Shown here: positions 39,449-53,205 of the stretch, one piece after another
How the letters are laid out: the number at the start of each line of letters is the position of its first letter
How positions within the stretch are numbered: position 1 is the first letter of the stretch
Origin: Octopus bimaculoides
Lineage: Eukaryota
NCBI RefSeq assembly: GCF_001194135.2
Contig: NC_068988.1
Coordinates: 57,734,025 to 57,798,024 of the forward strand
Direction: 5' to 3'
Length of the DNA stretch: 64,000 nucleotides
The notes under the pieces: model-generated
Database searches by the model: none
The model's input: the letters and a program-made list of their open reading frames with translations, nothing else
What the model was told of the DNA's origin: nothing
Position numbers and translations under genes: made by a program

Positions 39449-40149
39449 TACTACTAGATTAGCTGAAGTGATTGGAGGCAGCAGCAGCAGCAGCAGGGAT
39501 GGAGGGAGGTAAGTACACCACCAGCATCACCTCAATAGTCACTCTCAATACTGCCATAGTATTTTACGTAGGTGTGAGAGAGGTGGGAGGGAGATGGGGG
39601 AGGGGGAGAAGGGGAGAGAGGGAGATGAGGAAAGAGGGAGAAGGGGAGAGATGGAGAAGGAGATAGAGAAAGGTGAGGAGTATATACACACACACACACA
39701 CACACACACGTGTGTGTGTGTGAGTTTTGTAAAGACTGATAACAAACCAATTACTTTTACAGAGAAACAATTAAAGTTTAAATAAAATGTCACATTTTGG
39801 ACTTTTCATTAACTGGTGGCGGGTGGGGGGTATGGGGTGTTTTTTGTTGTTATTTATGTATTATTTTATAATTTTTTTTTTCTTTAAGGTCTTGAAAGAA
39901 AATTTGTTTTACAAATATTACTCTCCCTCTCTCTCTCTCCTGTTCTGTTTGTCTCTTTTTCTCCTTCATTTCTCTCTGTGCATCTCCCTTCTACTCACCA
40001 TTGCTTTTCTCTTTTCCTNNNNNNNNNNCCCTCTCTCTCTCTCCTGTTCTGTTTGTCTCTTTTTCTCCTTCATTTCTCTCTGTGCATCTCCCTTCTACTC
40101 ACCATTGCTTTTCTCTTTTCCTCTTTCTGCCTCACTCTTTCCTTCTCTC

Positions 40150-40199
<50 letters not shown>

Positions 40200-41639
40200 C
40201 CCTTCTATACTCTTATTACTACTCTTCCACTAATCTGCTCTCTCTCTCTCTCTCTCTCTCTTTCTTCCTTTCTCTTTCTTCCTTTCACTTTCTCTCCTCT
40301 GCCAACAGTCCCTATCGCTCATCCATCACTCTCCACCTCCTTACACTTTTCTCTCTCACCCTCTCTCTTTTTCTCTCATTCTCTCCCCCCACTCTCTCCC
40401 TCTCTATCTATCTATCTTCTCTTTGATTCTCTTTCACCCACATACACACACACACATGCATGCACACACATGCACTCATGCACACACACACACACATGCA
40501 CACACATACACGCATATACACACATGCACATGCACAAACATACACACATTCTCACACACACACTTGCACACACACGCATGCACATACACACACATGCACA
40601 CACACATACATGCACACACATGCACATGTACATGCACACACACAAACACATGCACATACATGCACATATATGCACATACTTGCACACACACATGCATATA
40701 CATGCACACACACATGCACACGCACACACACACACACACACGCATATAACAAAGAAGCATTTTATATTAGCATGGAAAAATGCTAATATAAAATGACGGG
40801 GGTTGTTAAGATGAACAATAACGATAAGAATTATTATTTGTGGCAAAAATGGTTACAGCGAATGGTCCTACTCTGAGTAGGGCCTGTAGGCTGGAGAGCA
40901 GGAGAGAGGGCTTGTACCTTTGGGGTTAGGTTAATCCTGGATCTGTAGGATACCTTGAGTGACCCTAGCTGGAGTTCCTTCTGTTTCAGGAATGGTGCAT
41001 CATTCATACTATCACATACTTTGTATACTATATAAACATCTGTCGCATTTCACTGTCTTTTCTATTTTTTCTCTTGTCCCTTATGTAACTCCTCACACAA
41101 ATTGCTGTCCACCCTTGTGATGCCCCCCNNNNNNNNNNNNNNNNNNNNNNNNNNNNNNNNNNNNNNNNNNNNNNNNNNNNNNNNNNNNNNNNNNNNNNNN
41201 NNNNNNNNNNNNNNNNNNNNNNNNNNNNNNNNNNNNNNNNNNNNNNNNNNNNNNNNNNNNNNNNNNNNNNNNNNNNNNNNNNNNNNNNNNNNNNNNNNNN
41301 NNNNNNNNNNNNNNNNNNNNNNNNNNNNNNNNNNNNNNNNNNNNNNNNNNNNNNNNNNNNNNNNNNNNNNNNNNNNNNCATATATGCTCCTGTGACTGAT
41401 AGAAAGGATCGTCGTCATCGTCGTTGTCGTCGTCATCGTCGTTGTCGTCGTCATTATTATTTAGGTGGTGAGCTGGCAGAATTGTTACCATGCTGGAGGA
41501 AACGCTTAGAAGTATTCTGTCTGTCACTATGTTCTGAGTTCAAATTCCACTGAGATCAACTTTGCCTTTTGTCCTTTCGGTGTCAATAAATTAAGTACCA
41601 ATGAAACACTGGGGGCGAGGTAATCAACTAGAAAGGATC

Positions 41640-41998
41640 ATTACTCCGCCTTAGCAAAGGCAGAGGTATTGTTTTCAGTCATGTTTGTTTGTTTGTCTGT
41701 TCGTCTGTGGACAAGATATCTCAAGAACCGCTGGATGGATTCAGATGAAACTTTTAGGGATGTTCGGCCTCGTGACTGGCATGAGCTGATTAGATTTGGG
41801 GATTGATCTAGTACTAGACCAGGATTCTGGATTATTTTTCTTGTATTTTACTTTTTGAGAGCAGTTGGGTTCATTTTTAGTATTCTCGTTTGTGAGAGCT
41901 GTCAAGTTTATTTCATTTTAAAACTCATCTCTGGCTAGTCATTGAGAGGATGTTGGTGTCACCTTGCCAGAGGTTTGCACTCTCTGAGTGCTCTTGTT
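41640..41998 (+). mobile_element. Helentron-associated non-autonomous element (HINE/DINE-1-like)
   Basis: 5' TTACTCCGCC with an adjacent inverted repeat (AGGCAGAG), a GTTT/GTCT microsatellite and a GGATGGATT..GATGAAACTT core. The 3' end has subTIR CTTGCCAGAGGT and hairpin GCACTC-TCT-GAGTGC. It is inserted at TT in an (ATT)n tail. Confidence 0.75.
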
Positions 41999-42623
41999 AT
42001 TATTATTTTAACTTAAGATGGCAAGTTGGTAGAACTGTTAGTACACCAAATAAAATGCTTTCGGTATTTCATTAGTCTTTACATTCTTTATTCAAATTCC
42101 ACCGAGGTTGACTTTGCCTTTCATCCTTTTGTAGGATCGATAAAATAAGTACCAGCCAAACACTGGGGCCAATGAAATTAACTTAACCACACCCCCGAAA
42201 TTGCTGGCCTTGTGCCAAAATTTGAAACCATTATTATTATTATTATACTGTTGGCAGAATCATTTCTGTGCTTAGCAGCATTTCATCTGTCTTTGCTCTG
42301 AGTTCAAATACCGCCGAGGTCGACTTTACTTTTCATCCTTTCGGGGTTTGATAAAACAAGTACCAGATGACCACTGGGGTTAATGAAATCGATTAGTCCC
42401 CTCCTGCAAAATTTCAGACCTTATGCCTCTGGTAGAAAGGCTTATTATAATTACTGTTGTTGTTGTTATTGTTGTATATGTTCTCACAAATTCACAAATT
42501 CAGTAACAGGTTTGTTTCTCTCTCTCTCCCTCTCTTTATCACATTCTCTCTCTCTTTTTCTCTTTCATTCTTTTCTATATCTTTCTCTTGCTTTCATTCT
42601 ATCTCTAATTTACACACACACAT

Positions 42624-42670
<47 letters not shown>

Positions 42671-42867
42671 GGCACACACATTCATATACATACGCATACA
42701 CATACATATATGCTACAACAGTTTTGTTATCTTTCAATTCTCCTTCACTTATCAATTAGTTTCTAAAACTTTCCATTTCTAAAATATTTGTTTAAGATTT
42801 TACATAATCGTAAAATATCAGCTATCACCCATTGAAATTATATACACACCCTTTCAGTGTATACATC

Positions 42868-42916
<49 letters not shown>

Positions 42917-44503
42917 ATGCACGTGTGCATACGTGTCTGTTTGTTTATATTTATGTGCAAATATCAATATGTATGTGTGTCTACACATGTTTGAGTAAAT
43001 GTGTATCAATATGTATGTACATATGTATCCGTGTGTGTGTGTGTGTGTGTGTGCGTGTGTCTATGTGTGCATGTCTGTGTATATTTATGTGCATGTATCA
43101 ATATGTATGTACATATGCATGTGGGTGAATGTGTTTGTGTCCATGTTTGTGTATATGTGTGCGTGCATGAATATGAGTGCATCTGCATATGTCTGTGTAT
43201 ATATGTATATGTGTGTGTATGTGTCCCAAATATGTATGCTAGAGATGAATATAATATTTATTTATCAAAAGGCTCTTAGGGATCCCAGAGTCCTTAATCT
43301 GATACTTCTCCCTTACTTAACTATGTCAAATAAGTTATATCTCAATTTGGGAGGTCCTGCTTGTATCACATCATTATAAATACATACAACATAAACCAAT
43401 GATCAAGCAAGCAGCTATGCGGTCTCGCAACGTACAAGACATAATAGTCAAATTTCCATCAAGTGACATTCTACCTTCTTTGGCAGAATCATTAAAATGT
43501 TGTCAAACAAAATGCCTGTTAATATTTGGTTTCAGCCGTTTGAATACTAAGTTTAAAAGCAACCAAGGTCAACTTTGTGCCCTTAATTCTTCCAGGCTGA
43601 TAAATTAAAATACCAGTCAAAATTGATATATATTCCTTGATCGTTACCAGAGTCGCCTTCCTGGCACTTGTGCTGGTGGCACGTGAAAAGACATTCGAGC
43701 GAGGTCGTTGCCAGTGCTGCTGGACTACCTCCTATGCAGGTGGCACATAAAATACACCATTTTGAGCGTGGCCGTTGCCAGTACCGCCTGACTGGCCTTT
43801 GTGCTGGTGGCACGTAAAAAGCACCCACTACACTCTCGGAGTGGTTGGCATTAGGAAGGGCATCCAGCTGTAGAAACTCTGCCAAATCAGATTGGATCCT
43901 GGTATAGCCATCAGATCATCCAGCCCATGCTAGCATGGAAAGAGGACGTTAAACAATGATGATGATGATGATGATGATGATAAATACTTCCTAGACACTA
44001 CTGGAATTATAAGAGACGAAACATTGGATACTGTAATCTTGAATACAACATCATCATCATCATCATCTTCAGCAGCAGCAACAACAACGATAGTATCATG
44101 GAATCGTTTTATACCTGCTTTTCCATGCTGGTATGGGTTGAACATTCTTTCTGAAGTGGTGTTTTACAGCCAGATGCCCTTCTTGTTGCCAACCCTAACA
44201 ACTCAGAGGGATGTGGTGTACATATTCTAAAACCAGAAGACAACTGGTAAAATGTCATCATGGATAAGTTGTATGAAAATAAGACAGGTGGTCATGGATG
44301 GCTGTTTGATCAGGGCTGGCCCAGGGTTCAACAGCCATAATGTATACACACTACTTTTGCACATCTATAAAAGTTCATCACTGATTGGAACAATCACTGG
44401 GAAGGTCCACTGCTAATCTTGTAACCTTGCTGACCCCTGACCTTGCTGACTAGGGATTAGCAAGGTCACAAGTTCATAAAATCTCTCTCTCTCTCTCTTT
44501 CGT

Positions 44504-44540
<37 letters not shown>

Positions 44541-45031
44541 CATACACATATTCATCATCATTTTAACCTTTATTTTTCCATGCTTGCATGGGTCAGAAGA
44601 AATTCAATGAGGTGGATTTTCTATGGCCAGATACCCTTCCTGTCACCAACCATCACTTGTTTTTAAGCAAGGTAATAATTCTCCAAGAGCACAAATGGAT
44701 GATATGTCTTCATGGAAGACTGCAAGTAAATGATACCACTAGTATGACAAGTGGCAATTGTTTACAATTAACATGAGATGTTAAAATGGTGGAGGTAGTG
44801 ATAACAATGATGATGATGACAGGCTTCTGCACAGTTTCCGTCTTCCGAATTTCACTAACAAGCAAAGGTACCGGTCGACCTGAAGTCATAGCAGACAATA
44901 CTTGTCCAAGGTGGTATATATTGTCATATACCTCCAAACTCGGAACATCATGATTGAGAAGCCAACTTCTTCATCACACAGTAGTGACCAGACCAATATT
45001 TTTGTTCTTCATATTAATGTTGTTGCTTCAG

Positions 45032-45170
45032 ATCCTGGTTTTTCAAAAGATTCCAAGAAAACAAAGGAATCACATAAGTTAATTTTTGATATCCCTGTGG
45101 AGTTGCAATATTGACTTTGATCTAACTAAGGATAAGAAACGGTCCATTGTTTTCAAGAACAGACAATAAA
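45032..45170 (+). other. Candidate terminal exon (DPGFSKDSKKTKESHKLIFDIPVELQY*) with AATAAA at 45165
   Basis: Long pyrimidine-rich acceptor ending GTTGCTTCAG, stop at 45114 and polyA hexamer ~50 nt later. Confidence 0.2.
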
Positions 45171-45710
45171 TGCCTGATCATCTTACTGATATATCTATCC
45201 ATTTGGGAGATATATTTATTTACACTTGTGGTCAAAAAAAATATTATTATGAGATTTATGAAAGATGGTTTAATATGTTTATCATATTAATGCATTTATA
45301 ACATTGATTGATATCATCACCATCATCATCATCATTGTCTTTGTCAACAACATTTAATATTGACTTCCCGATGCTTGCATGGGCCAGATGGAATTTGTTG
45401 AGGCAGATTTTTTTTTTTTTTTATGGCTGAATGCCCTTCCTGTGGCCAACCCTAAATTATTTCCAAGCAAGGAAATATTTTCCCATAGCTACATCTATTT
45501 TTCATGGAAGATTGGAAAGGAACAATCTCACTTCTATCACAATGATGCTCATTTAAAACTATCACATGACGTCTAGACTAGGATACACAACACACAAACA
45601 CAGATGCACACGCATACATTACACACATATATACACATGCACACAAGTGTTCTACACTCATATACATACTGTCCATAATTCTTTTACACACCCTGTACTA
45701 CCAAATAATA

Positions 45711-45960
45711 TTGAGGTGAGTTAAAAGTTTTGCAATATTTGCATATGTACTACTTTGTGGCATGTATATCACATGACCAAAACAATTTGAGCTGTAGAAG
45801 GTACCTGCTGAGCTTGGTAGTATCGGGGTAGTTGGTGTGCTGATATGCAGTGTACTACTTCACTCCATATGTCATTCGAAAGCCACTCAGATGAATGTGC
45901 AATGTCATCTAATTCAGGAACTTATCCTTTATGAGTTCAAATTGGGCCATTACACTCTGG
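45711..45960 (+). mobile_element. mariner 5' fragment
   Basis: TA-TTGAGGTGAGTTAAAAGTTTTGC TIR-like start. Peptide MNVQCHLIQELILYEFKLGH matches the mariner N-terminal R.LMLYEF.LGH motif. Confidence 0.6.
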
Positions 45961-46029
45961 TAATAATTACTGGTATTATTACTATAACTATACGTTATAT
46001 TCACAACTGTTAATATCACTGCATCCAGT

Positions 46030-47303
46030 TGAAAACGAGGCTTTGGAATGAAAACGAGGCTTTGGAAAGAAAACGAGGCTTTGGAATGAAAACGAGGCTT
46101 TGGAAAGAAAACGAGGCTTTGGATCGAAAACGAGGCTCTGGATTGAAAACGAGGCTCTGGATCAAAAACGAAGCTCTGTATTGAAAACTAGGCTCTGGAA
46201 TGAAAACGAGGCTCTGGATTGAAAACGAGGCTCTGGATTGAAAACGAGGCTCTGGATTGAAAACGAGGCCCTGGATCGAAAACGAGGCTCNNNNNNNNNN
46301 NNNNNNNNNNNNNNNNNNNNNNNNNNNNNNNNNNNNNNNNNNNNNNNNNNNNNNNNNNNNNNNNNNNNNNNNNNNNNNNNNNNNNNNNNNNNNNNNNNNN
46401 NNNNNNNNNNNNNNNNNNNNNNNNNNNNNNNNNNNNNNNNNNNNNNNNNNNNNNNNNNNNNNNNNNNNNNNNNNNNNNNNNNNNNNNNNNNNNNNNNNNN
46501 NNNNNNNNNNNNNNNNNNNNNNNNNNNNNNNNNNNNNNNNNNNNNNNNNNNNNNNNNNNNNNNNNNNNNNNNNNNNNNNNNNNNNNNNNNNNNNNNNNNN
46601 NNNNNNNNNNNNNNNNNNNNNNNNNNNNNNNNNNNNNNNNNNNNNNNNNNNNNNNNNNNNNNNNNNNNNNNNNNNNNNNNNNNNNNNNNNNNNNNNNNNN
46701 NNNNNNNNNNNNNNNNNNNNNNNNNNNNNNNNNNNNNNNNNNNNNNNNNNNNNNNNNNNNNNNNNNNNNNNNNNNNNNNNNNNNNNNNNNNNNNNNNNNN
46801 NNNNNNNNNNNNNNNNNNNNNNNNNNNNNNNNNNNNNNNNNNNNNNNNNNNNNNNNNNNNNNNNNNNNNNNNNNNNNNNNNNNNNNNNNNNNNNNNNNNN
46901 NNNNNNNNNNNNNNNNNNNNNNNNNNNNNNNNNNNNNNNNNNNNNNNNNNNNNNNNNNNNNNNNNNNNNNNNNNNNNNNNNNNNNNNNNNNNNNNNNNNN
47001 NATACGAGGTTCTGGAATGAAAACGAGGCTCTGGATCGAAAACGAGGCTCTGGGTCGAAAACGAGGCTCTGGAATGAAAACGAGCTTCTGGATTGAAAAC
47101 GAGGCTCTGGATTGAAAACGAGGCTCTGGAATGAAAACGAGGCTCTGGAATGAAAACGAGGCTCTGGATCGAAAACGAGGCTCTGGATCGAAAACGAGGC
47201 TCTGAAATGAAAACGAGGCTCTGGAATGAAACGAGGCTCTGGAATGAAAACGAGTCTCTGGATTGAAAACGAGGCTTTGGAATGAAAACGAGGCTTTAGA
47301 ATG
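46030..47303. repeat. 19-bp minisatellite (TGAAAACGAGGCTCTGGAT)n spanning an N-gap
   Basis: Directly adjacent 19-bp units on both sides of gap 46291-47001, with no spacers. Confidence 0.95.
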
Positions 47304-47319
47304 ATATTTAAAAATGGAT

Positions 47320-47940
47320 GTTTGTTGTCCAACTAGGTTGATGACTAAAGCTACTGCCGATGGATACTGTACCCTTGTTCTTAGAAGAGTAAAGCCTATT
47401 TTGGTCCAATCTTTTTCAGCCTCCTGTATTACCGAAATTGAGAATTACTAAACTACTACAATTTCCTCTTCTAAATAGACAAAGCACTGGAGTGTTTCAA
47501 CGTCGACCTGGTCTCACCTACTGCCAGAAAACGGCATTGTACTTTTAATTTTACCAACTACCTTGAGTTGCTTAGTGCGGTGGATGAGGATAAATTTCAC
47601 CTGCTCACCAATCACACCAGCCCCCACATGTTTGAATATATCATGGACTGCAACACATACAACAGAGCCCTTGACATTCTTATCTCACTATATGTGAAAC
47701 CAAAGAATGTAGTGTATGCATGACACCTGATATACACTTACAAAGCAGGAGTATGGACAAAGTTTAGATCAATACCTCCAGAAGCTCAAACGTTTGGTGA
47801 AAGACAGTGGATACAAAGCTGTTTCGACTACTAAACATCTCAATGAAGCTGTAAGAAATGGCATGCATTCTAGTAGCATATGCTGGCGGTTGTTGGAGCA
47901 AGACTATTTAGATCTTGACTGGGCCTTCATTCTTTCAAGG
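47320..47940 (+). mobile_element. Ty3/Gypsy LTR retrotransposon relic (possible LTR end plus gag)
   Basis: From 47475: (M)DKALECFNVDLVSPTARK...FHLLTNHTSPHMFEYIMDCNTYNRALDILISLYVKPKNVVYA*HLI/GQSLDQYLQKLKRLVKD..RLLEQ. This is a typical Gypsy gag (YVKPKN..FARH). A possible LTR ends ...ACTACA at 47460. Confidence 0.75.
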
Positions 47941-48139
47941 GGTCAATACAATAAAGTATTGATTAAATGCTAGTAGTGGTAGGAAGAGATATAAGTAACT
48001 ATCCCCCTTGCGACTTCAATATTGTAATGGTGTAATCCAAATTTGAACCACCACCACTACTGCAAGAGTAGATGCTGAACTTTTACAATATCTCAATGCT
48101 TCAAGCATGAGATAAGAGTACTTCTCAAAGGTCAGTAAC

Positions 48140-48788
48140 TGTATGTTGAACACATATACGCATAAACGCACACACACACACACACACACACACATATGCA
48201 CATGCACAGAGGCATGTAAACACACATATGCACACATGTGCTTGCACACACATGTGCATGCATACACACAAGCACAGGCACACACACACACACACAAGCA
48301 CACACACACACACACACAAGCACACATTCACAGAAACATAGGCACAGCCACACATGCAAACTCAAAGCTATACTCACACACACACACACAAACATACATA
48401 TTCATACACACTCACAGCCACAGGCATGCATGCATGCATATGTTCACATACACACACTTACACAAAGAGGCATGTAAACACACACATACACACAAACACA
48501 CACATACACACAAACACACACATGTGCATGAACACACATGCATAGGCACTGACACACACACACACATACACACACACACATACACACACACACATACACA
48601 CACACAGAGGCACACACACACACACACACAGAGGCACACATTCACCCATTCACAGAAATATATGCTCAGCCACACACAAACTCAAAGGTATACACACACA
48701 CACACAAACACACATTCACACACCTCTCATAGCCACAAGCATCACATACAGGCTCACGTGCACACACACACATACACACACACACACA

Positions 48789-48826
<38 letters not shown>

Positions 48827-49720
48827 GCTACAAGCATGCATGTGCAGAAAAATTACACATACAGGGACATTAACACACACACATACACACACATACACAG
48901 CCACATGGGCACAAATTCACACACACACCCACCTACATGTACACACATCACACATACACAGAAACATGCAAACAAACGTACAGCTATACATACAGACACA
49001 CACACATTCATGCACACATACTCACAGCCACAAGCAAGCTTGTGTCTGTTCGCACACACATACACATACACATTTACAGCTACTCGCATGCATGTGTGCA
49101 AACACACAAACACACACACACACATACACACAACTACATGAGCATAAATTCACACGCACTTACACACACACACATATGCTCACACATACACAGAAACATA
49201 CACAGAAATACACACACAGCCATAGATATACATACAGATGCACACAGACGCACATACACACACTCAAAGCCACAAGCATGCATGTGTCTGTTCACACACA
49301 TATGCACACATACACACATGCACACACATGCTTGTGACTGTGAGTGTGTATGTGTGTTTGTGTAGATGGTGTGTGGATGTGTGTGTGTGTATGTGTGTAG
49401 ATGGTATCTGTATGTTTGTAGTGTGTGTATGTATGTTTGTAGTGTGCGTATGTGTGTACAGCCACAAGCATGCATGTATGCAAATACACACGCATGCACA
49501 CACATATACACACACATACACACACACATCATACACAGCCATTCACATACACATACACCACACATAGCCACACACATACAGACACACACACACACAGCCA
49601 CTCACATAGCTACAAACACAGCCACACATACATCCAGTCTACACACTCACTCTACTCACACAGTTACATACACACAAATACACACACACACACACACACA
49701 CACACAACTACACACACAGA
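48140..49720. repeat. Complex (CA)n tract with a recurring CAGCCACAAGCATGCATG marker and an inverted (TG) segment at ~49330-49457
   Basis: Visible. Confidence 0.85.
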
Positions 49721-50689
49721 CATGGTAATTAGGTCATCCATCCACAGGTTCCAATGATGGATATTCCAGTCTTTCATGGTGTTAAGTGGTTGAGTATTTC
49801 CACAGATACCCTTAATACCCGTAATACAATCCCCAGTCACACTCAGTGTGACACTGTGTATTTGACAAGAGTGATCACCTTTTGAAATACAGGCACTCCA
49901 TTCAATGACCATCCATACAGCATATGTACCTCTCATCTTTTGCTTGTTTCAGTCATTGGACTGCTGCCATACTGGGGCACCGCTCGCTTTGTTACTTTGA
50001 AGGATTTAGTTAGAGAAATCAAACCCAGTACTTAATAGTGTTCTATATTTAAGAGATGAGGAATTATGTACATTATTTACATTATTTACAGGCTTTTGTT
50101 CTACAGGTACGACTCATTTTTGCCAGCTGAGTGGAATGGAGTAATGTGAAATAAAGTGTCTTGCTCAAGCATACAGTGTGCCACTGGGAACTGAACTCTC
50201 AGCCTTGTGATTGCAAGCCAAATACCCTAACCACTAAGCTATATGCCTTCACTGGATAGCTTCTTTTTTTTTTAAAGCATTCACTCATTAAAAGGTCCTT
50301 AAACCACTAAAAATGTAAAAGCTACTAAAAGCTACTAAATTGGACGCTTAGACGCTTGGAGGGTGACTTTCTAGGTGTAATCCCATGGTCATTCATAACT
50401 TAAGGGGATCTTTTACCCTAGCCTTTAACAAAATACACAAACTCTACTTGGCACATTGAGTACCTCCTTTTTAACCTTCACAAGAAACCCACCCCTGGAG
50501 TTCATGCCTCTCCACTTCTCACTCTCTCTGAGGCATCCTGGTTTAGCTTAAGTAAGCCTTGGTTAAGCAAAGCCATTCCAGCCATGAGGGAAGAAGTTGA
50601 AGCAGTATCCATAATCATTATAATCCTACATCTCAAACGGGTAAGGTTAATCCAACTGGTACCCAGCCTAGACATTTAAGGTTTGTGGA

Positions 50690-50935
50690 GGCACTTGGCT
50701 TAGTGGTCAGGGTGTTGGATGCATAATCGTAAGACTATGGTTTCAATTCCTGGACCAGGTGACACATTGTGTTCTTGAGCAAAACACTTCATTTCTCATT
50801 GTTCCAACCCACTCAGCTGGCAAAAATGAATAATCCTGCGATGAGCCAGCATTCTGTCCAGGTGGGGAATTTAGACGCCATAGAAACCAGGAAACTGGCC
50901 CTTATGAGTTGGCACGACTTGAGAAGAAAGGAAGG
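50690..50935 (+). mobile_element. tRNA-derived SINE with a V-domain-like centre
   Basis: TGGCTTAGTGG A-box, GGTTTCAATTCC B-box and CCTGCGATGAGCCAGCATTCTGTCCAGG segment recalled as V-SINE-like. Confidence 0.55.
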
Positions 50936-51233
50936 TAACCATCTGTGGTTTAATCTGACTGGGAAAAAGGAAAGTAGAAGGGTCTGGAGTAAATTTTAAC
51001 TAAAGGTACTGAAAGGCCAGGTGGTACTGTTAAACATAGTGGAGAGTTAGGTCCTATAGCTGAGTCTAGTATGTATGTGTGAAAGAAGCATGAGAAACAA
51101 ACAAGATTTATCTGCATGATGGATTAAATGTACTTGGTGTGTATATTTGTGTGTGAACAAAGTGAAAGAGTATTTGGGGTGGGGTATGCACGTGTGTGTG
51201 TTTATTGATATTTCTTAGTGTATATGTATATCT

Positions 51234-51272
<39 letters not shown>

Positions 51273-51309
51273 TGACAAGACGCACCAGTGTGTATTTTAT
51301 GTGTCAGTG

Positions 51310-51351
<42 letters not shown>

Positions 51352-51636
51352 ACGTACATACACATGCACGCGCATGCATATATATATATATATATATAGA
51401 TATATACACACACACACTTACATGCACGCACACATACACACACACAGACACACACACGATATAAAATATATATATATAAAATGATGTAACATATATATAT
51501 ATATGCAAGTGCACATGTATATATGCAAGTATATATGTATAGGTGAATACGTATGTGCTTCAATGTATATGCGTGTGCATGTATATGTGAGTTACATATA
51601 TGTGCATTTGTATATATAGATGTATTTATGTGCAAG

Positions 51637-51711
<75 letters not shown>

Positions 51712-52452
51712 ATGTGTGTGTGTGTGAATGTTTATTCGTTTTTATAAAACATCTCTGATGATGTTGTTATCTCCATATTCACATGCATGTAAAGTAAACA
51801 AAGAGGGATCAAAAAAAAAGTACAAAACAAAACATAACAAAAAGCCTAATTTTATTGTCAGCATAAGTTTCTGTTTATCTAGCCTCAAAAATAAAAAATG
51901 GCTCATCCATCACACCAATTCCAAGACAGAGAAACAGAGAGCAGAACACAGAGAAAACGAGAAAGTATAGAATGAATGCAAGGAAACTAAAGTGTTTTCC
52001 TGATCGGTTGTTTTCGTTGTTATTGTGTTTTTTTCCAAACCAGAATTGCAGTTCTTTTGAATGAAATGAGAAACCATGACAGAATAGAAATGTTTTGATA
52101 TTTTAAACTAACACCATTAACTAACCGGTGGTCTTAAATTTGCTCCTCTGGTTATTAGTCTAATATCATACTGTGCCAACAAATGACTTAGAGTTTTATT
52201 CCATTTATTCTAAACTTCCAGAAAATTCTTTCACATCTCTCAAGGTCAATACAGGGATTATATCTCTTATCATTTGTATTTTATATTTCATTTTTTTACT
52301 TTTTACGTGTTTTCAGTCATTGGACTGCAGCCATTCTAGGGCACCACCTTGAAAGGTTTTGCCAAATAAATCAGCCCCAGTGCTTATTTTCCTTTTCTTT
52401 TTCTTTTTTTTTACTTCAAACTGCTGAATTATTGGGACATAAACAAGCCAAT

Positions 52453-52491
<39 letters not shown>

Positions 52492-52599
52492 ACCTCGATT
52501 CAGTAACACCGTTTACAAGCTCTATATTTGGAATGACCAATTTTAAATACTGTTGGAACTTACTCACAAGGTATTGGAATCTTATATATATACCATTCT

Positions 52600-52810
52600 G
52601 CCTAAATAATGGAACTACAGATACAATATCCCTGCATGTCTCACATCTATTTTCATTCCTCCACTTCAGTCTCTATTTCATATCTTCTCTAGAATAACAA
52701 TTGCTTAACCATTTTCTCACACCGTCTCCGATGAATGGATATATAAAATATCCCAGAAATAGCTGTAAGACCTTCTATTTATAAATGTTCTGAAATCTTT
52801 CACAGCCTTG
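52600..52810 (+). mobile_element. Penelope-like pLTR relic
   Basis: Contains the minimal hammerhead motif below. Confidence 0.6.
52724..52771 (+). ncRNA. Minimal type I hammerhead ribozyme motif (degenerate)
   Basis: GTCT-CCGATGA-AT-GGATAT-ATAAA-ATATCC-CA-GAAA-TAGCTG-TA-AGAC. Stem I GTCT/AGAC, stem II GGATAT/ATATCC and a near-palindromic stem III. Confidence 0.65.
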
Positions 52811-52821
52811 GATCTTTATCT

Positions 52822-52964
52822 CATTCTTTATAAACCTAGTATTTTATTCTATTGGCCTCGTTTGCCAAACCACTAAGTTATGGGGAAGTAAACACACCAG
52901 CATCGGATGTCAAGTGATGTTGGAGGGACAAACACAGACACACAAACATATACACACATACATA

Positions 52965-53044
<80 letters not shown>

Positions 53045-53205
53045 ACAGTCTTCTTTTAGTTTCCGTCTACCAAATCCACTCACAAGGCTTTGGTTGGCCC
53101 AAGGCTACAGTAGAAGACACTTGCCCAAGGTTCCACACAGTGGGACTGAACCCAGAACCATGTGACTAGTAAGCAAGCTACTTACCACACAGCCACTCCT
53201 GCGCC
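52822..53205 (-). mobile_element. SINE family B with expanded internal (TG)n(TA)n
   Basis: Aligns with 55450-55844. Confidence 0.8.

Noticed and set aside
39920-40120. ~95-bp duplication across a 10-N gap
   Set aside because: Same assembly-overlap artefact pattern.
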